Origin: an uncultured Methylomirabilota bacterium | Lineage (GTDB): Bacteria; Methylomirabilota; Methylomirabilia; Methylomirabilales; 2-02-FULL-66-22 | Assembly: GCA_963705305.1 (NCBI GenBank) | Contig: OY970067.1 | Coordinates: 4,320,001 to 4,384,000 of the forward strand | Length of the DNA: 64,000 nucleotides | Direction: 5' to 3' | Part shown: positions 63,319 through 64,000 of the stretch, piece after piece | How the letters are laid out: the number at the start of each line of letters is the position of its first letter | Position numbering within the stretch: position 1 is the first letter of the stretch | The notes under the pieces: generated by a model | The model's database searches: none | Seen by the model: only the letters and a program-made list of their open reading frames with translations | What the model was told of the DNA's origin: nothing | Program-made: the position numbers and the translations under genes

Positions 63319-63349
63319 AGGGGACGTTGTAACCTTAATTACCTTTTTG
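63319..63349 (-). repeat. Cassette-boundary site, subtype A (inverted)
   Basis: Reverse complement caaaaaggtaattaaggttacaacgtcccct. Confidence 0.9.
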
Positions 63350-63481
63350 CGAAACCCGCGGGTCAAGTTCGAAATGCGAAATGAAGAACTCGTGTCTCAC
63401 GCCAAGATCGCCATTTCCAGTAGGCAGTAGGCAGAGGTCAGTAGTCCTGTATTCCACCCTCGCCCCTGCGACCTTTGCGTC

Positions 63482-63907
63482 TTAACGTGAGGAAAAGTTC
63501 GATCCGATCGCTGTCGTCGCACAGGATACAACGAACCGCGCGTCGTCGATGGCGCGTTGCGCATCCGCCCTCGTGTACTCCTCTGTGGGGATGAAATCGA
63601 TGTCCCCGTAGAAGGCGAACTCGCGCTCCTTCCGCAACCACCCCGAGATCTCCGCCAATCGCTCGACCTGGCCCGCCACCTCGCCGGGAAACCGGTCCCG
63701 GTACTCCAGCAGCATCTGCCCCACGTCGTGCCACTTGGGCGGCTCGACCCCGATGCCCCGGAGCATGCCCTTCAGCGCCAGCTCCACGACCTCCTGCGCC
63801 TCGCGCACCACATCTGAAAAGGCCTCGTCCTCCAGCAACACGGACAGGACCCTGAGGCGCTTCTGCGCCTTCGTGAGATAGCTCTTGGCCAGCGAGGTGT
63901 TCGTCAT
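63482..63907 (-). CDS. HEPN-domain protein
   Basis: EAQEVVELALKGML...PPKWHDV...REFAFYG. Confidence 0.85.
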   Translation of the reverse strand: MTNTSLAKSYLTKAQKRLRVLSVLLEDEAFSDVVREAQEVVELALKGMLRGIGVEPPKWHDVGQMLLEYRDRFPGEVAGQVERLAEISGWLRKEREFAFYGDIDFIPTEEYTRADAQRAIDDARFVVSCATTAIGSNFSSR

Positions 63908-64000
63908 AGCTCGAATACCTCGCCGGGCCGGTAATCCGGCTTCAGGTCCCAGAACCAGGCATTCCCCCGCCAGATGCGGCGCGCCCCCAGGCTCTCCAGC
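63904..64000 (-). CDS. Probable nucleotidyltransferase antitoxin, 3' end (partial)
   Basis: ...LGARRIWRGNAWFWDLKPDYRPGEVFEL*, overlapping the HEPN start. Confidence 0.55.
   Translation of the reverse strand, partial: LESLGARRIWRGNAWFWDLKPDYRPGEVFEL

Overview
High-GC bacterial chromosomal window with three parts. (1) 1-21 kb: a very dense array of small toxin-antitoxin (TA) modules: two MazF/PemK types, HigBA-like, three DUF433/DUF5615 pairs, VapBC, HicAB, MNT-HEPN and orphan antitoxins. It also holds a primase-like/SF2 helicase gene and fragments of capD, vanZ, pilQ and aroC. The modules are separated by 12 clear and about 4 degenerate direct copies of a non-palindromic ~31-bp site ending in CAACGTCCCC, in two mostly alternating subtypes. 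Several sites are preceded by degenerate 7-mer/8-mer tandem tracts. Three modules occur twice with different neighbours, and several junctions map to the 3' end of the site. (2) 21-63 kb: a minus-strand surface-polysaccharide cluster (capD with a pseudo-receiver domain, glycosyltransferases, wzx, Wzy/WaaL-like, rfbFGH, TPP enzyme, ColD-like, fcl, NeuB-like). It carries IS1380, ISAzo13 and IS481-like insertions and a four-helix-bundle gene flanked by heptamer tracts. (3) 63.1-64 kb: the same two site subtypes in inverted orientation, next to a 5'-truncated gmd and followed by another MNT-HEPN pair. The best candidate for an undescribed system is this site-delimited, integron-like (but non-attC) cassette array bracketing the polysaccharide locus. 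No cognate recombinase is visible in the window. Family assignments are from motif recognition, not database searches.
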